A stretch of DNA of 64,000 nucleotides from a virus. Below, in pieces: positions 28,748 to 37,819 of the stretch; position 1 is the first letter of the stretch, and each line of letters starts with the position of its first letter. Position numbers and translations under genes: made by a program. The stretch covers positions 3,785-67,784 of the IMG/VR virus record IMGVR_UViG_3300016469_000426. One strand, written 5' to 3'. Under the pieces are notes generated by a model, which was not told the origin of the DNA, did no database searches, and saw only the letters and a list, made by a program, of their open reading frames with translations.

Positions 28748-28972
28748 ATGAACAGTGTATTCAATTTTGAAAACGTTAACGGTCAGCGTAAGAAAACCGA
28801 GACAATTACTTACCGTAATGGTAACGTAGTAAAGAGAGTGTTTGACCACGTCAGCGATATCGTGCCAAGCGATATCATTCACGTTACAGATAATGCTCCT
28901 GTTGGTAAGATACCTGTAATGCCAATCGAGCATCGCGAGGTAGCCTTGTACAGACAGCACTACAACTGTTAA
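28748..28972 (+). CDS. hypothetical small protein
   Basis: ORF; start chosen at ATG following catcacc leader. Confidence 0.45.
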   Translation: MNSVFNFENVNGQRKKTETITYRNGNVVKRVFDHVSDIVPSDIIHVTDNAPVGKIPVMPIEHREVALYRQHYNC

Positions 28973-28975
28973 GAG

Positions 28976-29010
28976 AATAGCCAGGCCAAAGGGTCTGGCT
29001 TTTCTTTTCC
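28976..29010 (+). terminator. Rho-independent terminator
   Basis: agccagg ccaaagggt ctggct tttcttttcc. Confidence 0.45.
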
Positions 29011-29024
29011 ATGTTTCACATGTT

Positions 29025-29032
29025 CAACCCCC
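29025..29032 (+). promoter_or_regulatory. CAACCCCC motif copy 3
   Basis: 23 nt upstream of ATG 29055. Confidence 0.45.
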
Positions 29033-29054
29033 TTCGGGGATAAAACCCATCATC

Positions 29055-29357
29055 ATGAGAATATCCTTTGACCAAATGCGTACCATGAGATATGGTATCC
29101 ATTCTATAGGCACACATGTTCACGCAAAGCTACGCTACACAGCAGAGCTTACCGACAGAATGCTCACAGACAATGAGCTTCGTCCATACATGAATGACCT
29201 AACTGTCATGTTCAATAAGTCTAGGACGCATGCCCACATCGCATTCATAGCACATCAGAATGCTGGACTTGCACAATTGCTTTACCGCGTTGAACAAAGA
29301 CAAAGAGCTAAGCTTGCTATAGAGAAAGCGAGCAGAGTAATCGAGAGCCAGGCCTAA
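29055..29357 (+). CDS. hypothetical protein
   Basis: 100 aa ORF. Confidence 0.45.
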   Translation: MRISFDQMRTMRYGIHSIGTHVHAKLRYTAELTDRMLTDNELRPYMNDLTVMFNKSRTHAHIAFIAHQNAGLAQLLYRVEQRQRAKLAIEKASRVIESQA

Positions 29358-29372
29358 GCCTGGTTCTCTTCA
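29347..29372 (+). terminator. terminator-like hairpin plus T-rich tail overlapping gene end
   Basis: gccaggc ctaa gcctgg ttctctt. Confidence 0.35.
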
Positions 29373-29377
29373 TTAGT

Positions 29378-29384
29378 CAACCCC
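29378..29384 (+). promoter_or_regulatory. CAACCCC motif copy 4 (4 C)
   Basis: 26 nt upstream of ATG 29410. Confidence 0.4.
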
Positions 29385-29409
29385 TTAATCATCTCAAATA
29401 ACCATCACC

Positions 29410-29709
29410 ATGACAGCAACTCTTATTGACCCAAACTATGTTCTCAGCGATGAGAAGAAGACCAAGGTCTGTATGATTACAGACATCAACAAAGCCAACA
29501 AGCTATTACTTGGTCGCAATATCGATACTCAAGAGTTCGATATGCTTTACGATTCAGATGTGCACACACTGAGCGAAGTACTCAGACGTGTAGGCGAGGC
29601 TATCCGGTTCCGCATGAACGTGATCAACATAGCTCGTGAGCTATTTGAGATCAGCGAAGCAGCGAAACAATACCGTGAGAGACGGCGTTACGAGGAGGAC
29701 GGGAATTAA
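29410..29709 (+). CDS. hypothetical protein
   Basis: 99 aa ORF. Confidence 0.45.
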   Translation: MTATLIDPNYVLSDEKKTKVCMITDINKANKLLLGRNIDTQEFDMLYDSDVHTLSEVLRRVGEAIRFRMNVINIARELFEISEAAKQYRERRRYEEDGN

Positions 29710-29727
29710 TCCCGTTCTCTTTTTATC
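29697..29727 (+). terminator. terminator
   Basis: acggga attaa tcccgt tctctttttatc. Confidence 0.45.
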
Positions 29728-29732
29728 TGAGC

Positions 29733-29740
29733 CAACCCCC
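29733..29740 (+). promoter_or_regulatory. CAACCCCC motif copy 5
   Basis: followed by TATAAATATA then catcaccATG. Confidence 0.45.
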
Positions 29741-29765
29741 TTATTGATTATAAATATACATCACC

Positions 29766-30032
29766 ATGAAGAAGACAAGTAATGTAAGCAAGGTGTTACT
29801 CGTGACCTTGCTGGTAGCTGCAGTTGCATCTGCGGGCATCGAGTTATCTATCTGGTACTTCGGAGTAAAAGAGACCATGGTAGCGCTTGGAATCGTTGGT
29901 GGTATCGCATTCGCAATGATCATCTTCGGCCGTGAGAAGACAAGCTCACACTGGGTTGAAGATAATCGTGAGAGAATGTGGCATCAACAAAGGCTTACTG
30001 AAGAAGCCTTCAGGCAAAAGTACTGTAAGTAG
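29766..30032 (+). CDS. small two-TM membrane protein
   Basis: VLLVTLLVAAVASAGI and LGIVGGIAFAMIIFG hydrophobic helices. Confidence 0.5.
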   Translation: MKKTSNVSKVLLVTLLVAAVASAGIELSIWYFGVKETMVALGIVGGIAFAMIIFGREKTSSHWVEDNRERMWHQQRLTEEAFRQKYCK

Positions 30033-30220
30033 TACACTGGGTAGGGCAATAGCTCTACCCTTATCCTTCCGATTATCAGGTGATGGATAATGACACTGGG
30101 ACGCTCCTCATATGGAGGAGCTCTCAGCTGTCTTAAGTTTGGGACACGAGCCGCTCGCACTGATTACTTCAGGAACGCTCACCCAACGCACATGCCATCG
30201 CTTCATCCAATACACAAGAA

Positions 30221-30228
30221 CAACCCCC
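30221..30228 (+). promoter_or_regulatory. CAACCCCC motif copy 6
   Basis: followed by TAAATATTGTTTAACC. Confidence 0.45.
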
Positions 30229-30270
30229 TTTGGGTAGTAAATATTGTTTAACCATCTAAATCCAATCATC

Positions 30271-30654
30271 ATGAAAGCAACACTTGCACGCTCTTACAAG
30301 AGCAAGAACGGTAACACCGTATTCGTTTACGGCGTATCAGGCAAAGCAGACGAACTCGAAGCCTTTGCCAAAGCACAGGGCGATAACCATCGCGTTGACG
30401 AACAAACGGGTAAACCGCTTTGGTTCACCACACGTTGTATCGGCCAAACAGGTGAACTCATCATTACCACGAACGGTAAGGTCGTTCCCGACATGAGCGC
30501 CTTCGACCAGGCAGCCAGCCTTGCCAAGCAATACGGCGGTAACTTGGGCGACCAGCTTGCCAAAGCCGCAGCAGAGCAATTGCTCGGACATCGCGGCAAC
30601 ACAGCCAGCGTACCGCAGAACACACCTCAGGACACACCTGAAGAACAGTTCTAA
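30271..30654 (+). CDS. hypothetical protein, paralog A of duplicated pair
   Basis: MKATLARSYKSKNGNTVFVYGVSG...; ~70% identical to 31584..31970 product. Confidence 0.55.
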   Translation: MKATLARSYKSKNGNTVFVYGVSGKADELEAFAKAQGDNHRVDEQTGKPLWFTTRCIGQTGELIITTNGKVVPDMSAFDQAASLAKQYGGNLGDQLAKAAAEQLLGHRGNTASVPQNTPQDTPEEQF

Positions 30655-30660
30655 CAGAGA

Positions 30661-30695
30661 AGACACCCTTAACCGGGTGTCTTTCTTTTTTTTCC
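30661..30695 (+). terminator. Rho-independent terminator
   Basis: agacaccc ttaacc gggtgtct ttcttttttttcc. Confidence 0.6.
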
Positions 30696-30792
30696 TTCAT
30701 CAAAGATCTCCTACCAACAGGAGGTCACCTCGAGAGAAAGAAAGTTTTTACTATCATCCTCTCTGTCTGCCTCCATGACTCGCCGGCTCAAC

Positions 30793-30799
30793 CAACCCC
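30793..30799 (+). promoter_or_regulatory. CAACCCC(A) motif copy 7
   Basis: 21 nt upstream of ATG 30821. Confidence 0.35.
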
Positions 30800-30820
30800 A
30801 TTTCTTCATATCTTTGTGTC

Positions 30821-31123
30821 ATGGCTAAATCAACACGCAACAGCAATGCAGGGAAGTCGACAGGGAAGTCTGCCTCTGCCAAGTACTTTGCTTCTCACCC
30901 TGAAGCACGCGCTAAGAAGAACGAGTACAACAAGAAGTACCACGCAACCACCGAGCGAAAGAACTATCGTGAAGAACTCAACAAGGTTAACCGCCGGAAC
31001 AACGATGCCGGTTATGGCGACAACAAAGACTTAAGCCACACTAAGTCGGGTAAGCTCGTCCAGGAAAACCGATCATCTAATCGCGCTCGCAACGGTAAGA
31101 ACGGGAAATCCTCCAAGAAATAA
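30821..31123 (+). CDS. highly basic Lys/Arg/Asn-rich protein (nucleic-acid-binding candidate)
   Basis: 100 aa, pI clearly basic. Confidence 0.45.
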   Translation: MAKSTRNSNAGKSTGKSASAKYFASHPEARAKKNEYNKKYHATTERKNYREELNKVNRRNNDAGYGDNKDLSHTKSGKLVQENRSSNRARNGKNGKSSKK

Positions 31124-31140
31124 CCCCTTTCGCCAATCTA

Positions 31141-31168
31141 TAATCTTAGCTTACTAATCTTAGCTTAC
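31141..31168. repeat. perfect 14-bp tandem direct repeat taatcttagcttac x2
   Basis: Seen directly in 460-nt non-coding hub. Confidence 0.5.
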
Positions 31169-31272
31169 TACTCTATACTATATTACTCTTTACTGGTATT
31201 GTTAGGCGAGAAATGAACACGCCTAAGTGTCTGTGATTCTGCCATATAGCAGCCTTCCCGCTCACTTATCAA

Positions 31273-31288
31273 CCGACAAATTTGTCGG
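31273..31288. promoter_or_regulatory. 16-bp perfect palindrome CCGACAAATTTGTCGG (operator candidate, copy 1)
   Basis: Related copies at 32048 and 32155. Confidence 0.45.
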
Positions 31289-31319
31289 AAAAGCATTTGC
31301 TCTGTACTTGATCTCTTCC

Positions 31320-31327
31320 CAACCCCC
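31320..31327 (+). promoter_or_regulatory. CAACCCCC motif copy 8
   Basis: upstream of a 16-codon mini-ORF. Confidence 0.35.
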
Positions 31328-31494
31328 TTCTCCTTAGAACTTTTAGGTATGATTGAGAGTCGTCTGGTATGGCCTGACTATCTCATGATGCCATGAGTTA
31401 TTAACGCGAGAACGTTCAGAAGTGAGAGACATGTCAGTAAGTGGTGTCTTGAGCCGGCATTCTCGCTCACTTATTAACATCTTCAAGCTCCTAC

Positions 31495-31502
31495 CAACCC
31501 CC
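31495..31502 (+). promoter_or_regulatory. CAACCCCC motif copy 9
   Basis: upstream of paralog B; followed by TAATGTTTAACC. Confidence 0.45.
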
Positions 31503-31583
31503 TTTTCTCAGGACACATTGGCTCCATAGTCAGGATATGGAGATATGTGAGACATAATGTTTAACCCAAAAATCCAACTCAAG

Positions 31584-31970
31584 ATGAAAATCAAGTTGAT
31601 CCGCTCGTACAAGAGCAAAAACGGCAACACAGTGTTTGTGTATGCTGTAAGTGGAACCCAAGAGCAACTCGAGGCGTTCGCAAAAGCCCAAGGTGACAAT
31701 CACCGCGTGGATGAAGTAACCGGAACACCGTTGTGGTTCACAACTCGTTGCGTAGGTCAATCAGGAAACCTGATTATCACCACCAACGGTAAAGTTGTAC
31801 CTGACATGTCTGCGTTTGACCAGGCTGCAAGCTTGGCTGCACAGTACGGTGGTAACTTCGGTGACCAGTTGGCCCGTATGGCTGCTGAGCAATTGCTTGG
31901 CGGCGGTGCGAAGAGCACAGCTGTTGAAGCGAAGGCCGAACCGAAAGGTGAGGACATCAGTAAGCTGTAA
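31584..31970 (+). CDS. hypothetical protein, paralog B of duplicated pair
   Basis: MKIKLIRSYKSKNGNTVFVYAVSG...; alternative start 31557. Confidence 0.55.
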   Translation: MKIKLIRSYKSKNGNTVFVYAVSGTQEQLEAFAKAQGDNHRVDEVTGTPLWFTTRCVGQSGNLIITTNGKVVPDMSAFDQAASLAAQYGGNFGDQLARMAAEQLLGGGAKSTAVEAKAEPKGEDISKL

Positions 31971-31992
31971 AAGCGAGCTGATTTGCTTATAG

Positions 31993-32030
31993 GAGCTACC
32001 TTGAGAGATCTTGGTAGCTCTTTTTCTTTC
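31993..32030 (+). terminator. Rho-independent terminator
   Basis: gagctacc ttgagagatctt ggtagctc tttttctttc. Confidence 0.6.
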
Positions 32031-32047
32031 CCGACAAGGGTAAAACT

Positions 32048-32063
32048 CCGACAAAATTGTCGC
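32048..32063. promoter_or_regulatory. palindrome CCGACAAAATTGTCGC (operator candidate, copy 2)
   Basis: One-position variant of copy 1. Confidence 0.4.
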
Positions 32064-32154
32064 AAAATCGAGCACGCCAACTCGTAACTTATTGAAGATG
32101 AGAGAGAATGTGAGTGGGTATTAAACTCCCACTCCTTTCTCCACCTTCAAAACA

Positions 32155-32170
32155 CCGTCAAATTTGTCGC
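32155..32170. promoter_or_regulatory. palindrome CCGTCAAATTTGTCGC (operator candidate, copy 3)
   Basis: Half-site variant. Confidence 0.35.
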
Positions 32171-32224
32171 TAAGACAGACGACGACCTCGCACTATATAA
32201 CTATCACCACCTAATAACAAGCTT

Positions 32225-32470
32225 ATGGCTTTATCTGAAGACTCGATACGTTACCTATACTATCGTTATCAGGATCTTCTTAAAGATCTCAAGTATGAAA
32301 GAGACATTGCTCTAAAGCTAGGGGATAAAGAGCTATATGAAGTGCTAAGAGAGGCTATCGACCACGTTGAAGATTCTCAGAAGAAGGTTGATAACCATAT
32401 CCGCTTAACAAACGGCTCCAAAATCGTCCAACAGTTTAACAACTTACTGAAAGATGACTCGCTCAGCTGA
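32225..32470 (+). CDS. hypothetical protein
   Basis: 81 aa ORF. Confidence 0.45.
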   Translation: MALSEDSIRYLYYRYQDLLKDLKYERDIALKLGDKELYEVLREAIDHVEDSQKKVDNHIRLTNGSKIVQQFNNLLKDDSLS

Positions 32471-32681
32471 AGACGCTCTTGTAGAAGAGCATGAGAGATA
32501 CATGAAAGAAGTATCTGAGTCCGGCATGCCTTTGTGGATGCTGGATTACTACGCCAAGAGCAATGCTCAGTGGCAGGAAGAAGAACATCTCAAGAACCAA
32601 CTCAAAAACCCACACCATGAAGCCGACAAGGAAGATTCTCCGCCTCATGATGGAGGCGATGATCCCCATCTTTTTATATGA
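32454..32681 (+). CDS. hypothetical acidic protein (overlaps next ORF in another frame)
   Basis: 75 aa ORF. Confidence 0.3.
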   Translation: MTRSAEDALVEEHERYMKEVSESGMPLWMLDYYAKSNAQWQEEEHLKNQLKNPHHEADKEDSPPHDGGDDPHLFI

Positions 32682-32856
32682 GATAGGGGCAATAGGTTTC
32701 TGGTTACTAATATTTCCGTCGGGTACCCTGAGCGAAGTGCATTACCTTGCATGGAGACAGGATATACCCATTCTACTGGTCCTGTACAGTTGTCTGTACT
32801 TCACGGCCGGACTATGGTACCACTTTTATGCACATAGAGGTGAAGATGGAGATTAG
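32617..32856 (+). CDS. small membrane protein
   Basis: ATG after caccATG leader; IPIFLYEIGAIGFWLLIF and ILLVLYSCLYFTAGLW helices. Confidence 0.4.
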   Translation: MKPTRKILRLMMEAMIPIFLYEIGAIGFWLLIFPSGTLSEVHYLAWRQDIPILLVLYSCLYFTAGLWYHFYAHRGEDGD

Positions 32857-32952
32857 GTACACCAGCCAAAAAGTTTGTACAATCCTGGAAGATAATCCAG
32901 GGTTGCTAATGCATCATAATCCGGTTCCCAAGGCCGGACATCTGTAATATCC

Positions 32953-33348
32953 ATGAGCTCACCGATCAGCACTACATCGGAACACTCGCTTGATACCAAG
33001 CTATTACATATGAATGCAGAGGGGCAACCAATTAAACTAACGCGTATGAATGAGTATCTCGAACTGAGAAAAGAACTGAAAGATATCATCACTGGCCTAC
33101 TAGCCATGAAAGATCTTCAAGATCCCGACGGTGATCCTGCCGGTATACTTATTCAGAACTCAGCTACAGAGTACTGGTTACAGACCAGATACAATGCCTT
33201 TCTTAGGCTGGAAATATGTACTAAGTCCATGAACCAGTTCTTTACCAATGATGAGTTCCGACGACTCATACAAATGATAAGATCTGAGGACTCAGAGAAT
33301 GTTCATGTGGCTCGAGCCATACTGGATGAAAAGATTAAGACATTATAA
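32953..33348 (+). CDS. hypothetical protein with shared C-terminal module
   Basis: ...FRRLIQMIRSEDSENVHVARAILDE. Confidence 0.45.
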   Translation: MSSPISTTSEHSLDTKLLHMNAEGQPIKLTRMNEYLELRKELKDIITGLLAMKDLQDPDGDPAGILIQNSATEYWLQTRYNAFLRLEICTKSMNQFFTNDEFRRLIQMIRSEDSENVHVARAILDEKIKTL

Positions 33349-33546
33349 CATTGTTTCGCTAGGCAAGGCGAGACTGGTTGAAATACCTAATCTCCCAATC
33401 CGAATTCCATGAATGTAAAGAATCCTCTTGCACCTTCCTCTGGCGTTGCCGAGGGGTTGTCAGTCTCCAATGAGCTGGAGCAGTAATAGCGGGTGCAAGG
33501 CGCAGAACAGGATTGAGGATCAAAGCAGTCGCCAAATTGCTAAGAC

Positions 33547-33798
33547 ATGGAAAGCGAAACATCCCATTATAAACCAACTCAAACCCAACTCATTATGCAA
33601 GCTCAAGTTAAACTCTCAGATGCCTTATTCTCTACAGCAGAAGCCGTAGTAGCAATGGGCAAGAAGTCTGGTCTTGACATTAAGATCACCGACGTCTACA
33701 AAAAGGAAAACCTCGAAGGGTTAGCCATGATCTCAGGATTAATACGTCAGCTTGCAGAAAAAAGCAAAGGCGTCACGATTGAAGTACTTAATACTTAA
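33547..33798 (+). CDS. hypothetical protein
   Basis: 83 aa ORF. Confidence 0.4.
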   Translation: MESETSHYKPTQTQLIMQAQVKLSDALFSTAEAVVAMGKKSGLDIKITDVYKKENLEGLAMISGLIRQLAEKSKGVTIEVLNT

Positions 33799-33941
33799 AC
33801 TTGGGTAAAACACCCATGGATGATCTGCCTGAGTAAGATATCCGACTCACTAAAAGAGTCAAGACGTGAGGGTCGCACCCTTACCGGGCGCCTGGGCTAG
33901 GATCGGGGCGCCATTTTCTCTAACTATTAACTCAAATCATT

Positions 33942-34385
33942 ATGAAAAAGATACTCATACTTAGCTTAGCCATCATGGCTTTTACTGCTTGTAAGAAGGA
34001 GGAGAAGGCACCAACGCCTGCTCCTACACCTTCTACTACTACCTTGAATGCAACAGAGACTAGCTTAGCTGGCTCATGGGTGGTAACATATGAAGCACTG
34101 CTTGACACAGCAGGGAATATTATTCCGGGAAGTGTTATCACACGCACTGATACAACTAACTGCAGACTAGACCTGTTTACAACTCTGAATGCTACTGTAG
34201 GTAACAACTACAAGGATGGATATCAGGGATTGGCATGCATCTACGCAGTAACATACTGGAAAGCCACGCCCACTCATCTCGATTTATTCGGGACGCTTTA
34301 CTACATACGCACACTCACTTCCAGCATCCTCGAACTTACTTTTACAGCGGGTCCCAATACAGCAATCTTACACCTTGAGCGATGA
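33942..34385 (+). CDS. lipoprotein
   Basis: MKKILILSLAIMAFTAC signal peptide plus lipobox Cys. Confidence 0.6.
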   Translation: MKKILILSLAIMAFTACKKEEKAPTPAPTPSTTTLNATETSLAGSWVVTYEALLDTAGNIIPGSVITRTDTTNCRLDLFTTLNATVGNNYKDGYQGLACIYAVTYWKATPTHLDLFGTLYYIRTLTSSILELTFTAGPNTAILHLER

Positions 34386-34675
34386 AAAAGTTTTTAGCCC
34401 TATTGATCATATCACTATTCTTTATTTTGATGATGATGCTCATGAGTGGATGTGTAAACATGCCTCATAAAAGATACAAGATTGAATACTCTCCAGGTAA
34501 ACACAGCCGGTACATCTATACCAATTCTTACACTATCGATGAGAATGGATGCTTACATGTAAATGATGAAGGTTATATAGGTGGATGTGGATGTGGTGAA
34601 CCGGATATCATATGCGGTGACTTCACTATCACAGATAGAGGAGAACAAGGTGAATACAGCACAGTAGTTAATTAG
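34382..34675 (+). CDS. lipoprotein, Cys-rich mature part
   Basis: MKKFLALLIISLFFILMMMLMSGC lipobox; ATGA overlap with upstream gene. Confidence 0.55.
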   Translation: MKKFLALLIISLFFILMMMLMSGCVNMPHKRYKIEYSPGKHSRYIYTNSYTIDENGCLHVNDEGYIGGCGCGEPDIICGDFTITDRGEQGEYSTVVN

Positions 34676-35012
34676 TACTCGAGGATACGGCTCGCCTGCA
34701 GTAAGTCGCACGCGTAGTAAGTCGTAAAGCGAAGTCCGCCCTCGGGCAAACAATATTGCCGACCGGTCTAGGTTCGCCAGAAACAAGCCGTGACGTTGAG
34801 TATCCGGTATGCAACCTGGCTTGCCAGGATAACATCAGTGATCAGTGACTAGGTACGTGGAAACGGAAGGGTTCTCACCTGCAGGTAGACACGTCGGCAA
34901 CACCATTCCTGATTAAGCTTCATCGAGCACGTTTAATCAGAGGTCCGGTCTCAGCTACCTCCAAGAGATCGGACCACACTATTAAAGTTACACTCTCAAA
35001 ATAACCTAAGCC
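34676..35012 (+). ncRNA. ORF-free GC-richer structured region (candidate ncRNA)
   Basis: 337 nt without ORF, repeated gtaagtcg and cctgcag elements. Confidence 0.25.
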
Positions 35013-35315
35013 ATGAAAAAGAAAACCATTTTTGTAGTGTATACCAACGAAAAGGTAAACGCTAAAGAGGCAGGACGCTTAAAGCGATATGCCTTTAACA
35101 CGACAGCTCCAATCAAAGTAGGAGACATGTTGCAATCTCCAGAGTACTCAACCAAAATGCAGGTTGTAAACATACTGGACAGCGCTCATAAATATTTCAA
35201 CGGTTCCACCGGTGAATTGAGTGACAAGTTCAACTCAACAAGTCAGTGGGAGATTCGTGACTTCATTATCCGCGAGGACTCCGAGACCGCTGTCTACGGA
35301 AAAATCATTAAATAA
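35013..35315 (+). CDS. hypothetical protein
   Basis: 100 aa; preceded by aaaataacctaagccATG leader variant. Confidence 0.45.
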   Translation: MKKKTIFVVYTNEKVNAKEAGRLKRYAFNTTAPIKVGDMLQSPEYSTKMQVVNILDSAHKYFNGSTGELSDKFNSTSQWEIRDFIIREDSETAVYGKIIK

Positions 35316-35580
35316 TTGCCGGTGTTACCAGTGATGACGATCGCTGGATACGAAGTCTGTGAGAGCCCCGCTGGTGCATCGCAGTTAGCTGATCAGGCTA
35401 AAGCGGGATGACAGCCGGCAATACCCATTGGGGAGGAGGGGATGGGCAACCGCCCTCACTCATCACACTCCCTATAAGATTAAACCTGCTATAGATATAC
35501 TCCTGTAACACATGATGTCGTGATGCTCATGGGTAGAGGTATGTATAGCAGGTTTTCAATTAACCATTAAACCATTCACC
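35316..35580 (+). ncRNA. ORF-free structured region with long-range pairing (candidate ncRNA or ORF-less intron)
   Basis: ttgccgg...ccggcaa pairing enclosing ~95 nt; G-rich ggggaggaggggatggg. Confidence 0.25.
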
Positions 35581-35844
35581 GTGAAACTTATTGATAAACT
35601 CAAAAAACAGGTCAACGCCGCAGCAAAGGTAAAACCTGTAAAGAAAGGTGAGAAGCGATTGCTTTTCGTCTTCAAGGAAGAACATTACAAGAAAGAGATA
35701 TCTTCCGCCCAAGGATTCGGATCACAAGATCTTAAACCCAGCTATCTGGAACTGTACACCTACTTACTCGCTAAATACAAAGGAGCTCTTATCACCGAGG
35801 TAAGTAATCCGAGCAAGAAAGAAGTGAGTGTTTACATCAAGTAA
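35581..35844 (+). CDS. hypothetical basic protein (GTG start per ORF track)
   Basis: 87 aa ORF. Confidence 0.35.
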   Translation: MKLIDKLKKQVNAAAKVKPVKKGEKRLLFVFKEEHYKKEISSAQGFGSQDLKPSYLELYTYLLAKYKGALITEVSNPSKKEVSVYIK

Positions 35845-35871
35845 TAATTTTACCAACTCAACCCGCACTCT

Positions 35872-37287
35872 ATGGAAAACACAATGTTCAAACCTATACT
35901 TAAGACAGCGCCTGATCCAAAAAGAATGGAGCTGTTTGCCTGGATGTGCAAGAAAATTGAGAGCATGAGAAACCCTCTGCACAAGAGGACAGAGACCGAT
36001 GAAGTTATTACTTACACATACGGGACTATCGCCGATTCTAAATACGACGAGAAGATAAAGATGATAAAAGAAAATCATCCCAGCACAGTAGTAACTCCTC
36101 ATTATGAAATCGATCCGATAAGCCTCAGCCCAGAACCATCATGGCAATTCAAACGTGTTACCAAACACTTTTTGACAGTGCTATATGATAAGCACACTGG
36201 AAAGATATCTCTCTCAGACTTCGAAGTAGGTATGGCCTATAATCACAAGATTAAAAAGTATTACCCACTAAAGAAGAATCGTCCCATCTTTTGCTACAGC
36301 GATAAGCTTTACACATTCGTACACCCTTACAAAAAGAGTATGAAGGTTAAAGTAATGCCTGTAACTGGAGCTTTGATCAGCGAAAGTAGTGGAACGGATA
36401 AACTCACAAAGCTTTTTGCTGAAAAGTTATACGATCTGGACCGGTATGAAGAAGACATTACACTACCAATCACACTCAAATACTACGAGGGAACCACTAA
36501 TGAATACGAAGTAATAGAAAAACGTATGGGAATCAAGATACCTAAACGTCTCCGTGCTGCGTATCAACCTTATGCCCTCTATCAAGTTCTTCGCGTACTT
36601 CGTAATAAGAACGAGATAACAACGCTCAACATGTGGGTTGTCCAATCTAAAAATTCTTCTGTTGGAGGATTATTCCAAGGTGATTCCGGATGGTATGACA
36701 GGGGTGAAGCTATCTATAGACTGATGGCTTTACATATGCTCAACGATCCATCATCTTCATGGTTAATTCGAGACTGGGTAAAAGATCACATCAAACTTGG
36801 CAAAAAGCTAAGTCTTACTGTAAGATCTAAAATCCGGATCGAGGATGAGCACCAGAAGATGAGCAGGGAAATTTCTCGCAAAGAACTTAGTCCAATCAAG
36901 GTAGCAAAGAACTACCTGAAGATGTACAAAGCGTGGCCAATCCCTAACTCGGAGTTAATAACTACAAGAGAAAGACTCCGTGAAGAATCTGATATACAAC
37001 AACACTGTGTAGCCACATACGGTAACCAGATTAACTCGGGATCATGCGCAATCATTTCTATCTTATACAACGAGAAGAGATACACTCTTCAAGTTGCACG
37101 CGTTACCGTAGGTAAAAATCTTTATGACTACAGAAACGCTCAATTAAGAGGATATAGAAACGAGGATGCACCACAAGAACTACACGACCTTATTGATAAA
37201 TTCTTCTTGTCCATACGTCATCCTTATAATAAGATGATTGCTCCTGTACAGAAGAACCAAGATCAGTATGAGGATCTACCATTCTAA
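35872..37287 (+). CDS. PcfJ-like domain protein
   Basis: 471 aa; C-terminal ...ELITTRERLREESDIQQHCVATYGNQINSGSCAII resembles PcfJ core. Confidence 0.4.
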   Translation: MENTMFKPILKTAPDPKRMELFAWMCKKIESMRNPLHKRTETDEVITYTYGTIADSKYDEKIKMIKENHPSTVVTPHYEIDPISLSPEPSWQFKRVTKHFLTVLYDKHTGKISLSDFEVGMAYNHKIKKYYPLKKNRPIFCYSDKLYTFVHPYKKSMKVKVMPVTGALISESSGTDKLTKLFAEKLYDLDRYEEDITLPITLKYYEGTTNEYEVIEKRMGIKIPKRLRAAYQPYALYQVLRVLRNKNEITTLNMWVVQSKNSSVGGLFQGDSGWYDRGEAIYRLMALHMLNDPSSSWLIRDWVKDHIKLGKKLSLTVRSKIRIEDEHQKMSREISRKELSPIKVAKNYLKMYKAWPIPNSELITTRERLREESDIQQHCVATYGNQINSGSCAIISILYNEKRYTLQVARVTVGKNLYDYRNAQLRGYRNEDAPQELHDLIDKFFLSIRHPYNKMIAPVQKNQDQYEDLPF

Positions 37288-37313
37288 ATTATTGGGCGCG
37301 CCGGCTAACTATT

Positions 37314-37790
37314 ATGGTGATGGTTATGCCGGCGCTGTCCTTATTACTAACAATCAAAACCATTATCATGCGAGAATTAGACCCACTATGGGACGAAGGA
37401 GATTATCCTGTAGAAGAAATAAATCCGGATGCAGATCACCTGAACGATGCTCTCGGCATTTCTGAGAAAAAAAGTTTAGAACTCAGAATACTAGCTATGA
37501 AGAGTGTGCTCAAGCATAAGAATATTCATAAAGCTATGGAGGATGTGAGTGAAATATGCGTTCATCCTAATGAGCTTGCATACGGTAGCTACATCATAGG
37601 AGCCGAGGTAACCGTCTTCAAAAGTTTAGGAAATATCTACGAAGGAAAAATGTTGGCGGTCATAGAACAAATGGAAGCTCGACTCAGAGGTGAAGACAAA
37701 CAAGAGGAAAGCTTGCATGAGGTCGACCTGAACTTTCCGGAAGAAGAAGAGGAAAAAGAAGAGCCTCTTGTATTTGATGACGAAAACTAA
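37314..37790 (+). CDS. hypothetical protein with acidic tail; paralogous to next gene
   Basis: EICVHPNELAYGSYI vs ECVHANELFFVSHV in 37820..38164. Confidence 0.45.
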   Translation: MVMVMPALSLLLTIKTIIMRELDPLWDEGDYPVEEINPDADHLNDALGISEKKSLELRILAMKSVLKHKNIHKAMEDVSEICVHPNELAYGSYIIGAEVTVFKSLGNIYEGKMLAVIEQMEARLRGEDKQEESLHEVDLNFPEEEEEKEEPLVFDDEN

Positions 37791-37819
37791 CTATTTGTAA
37801 ATTTGCAAAATCTAAGCCC

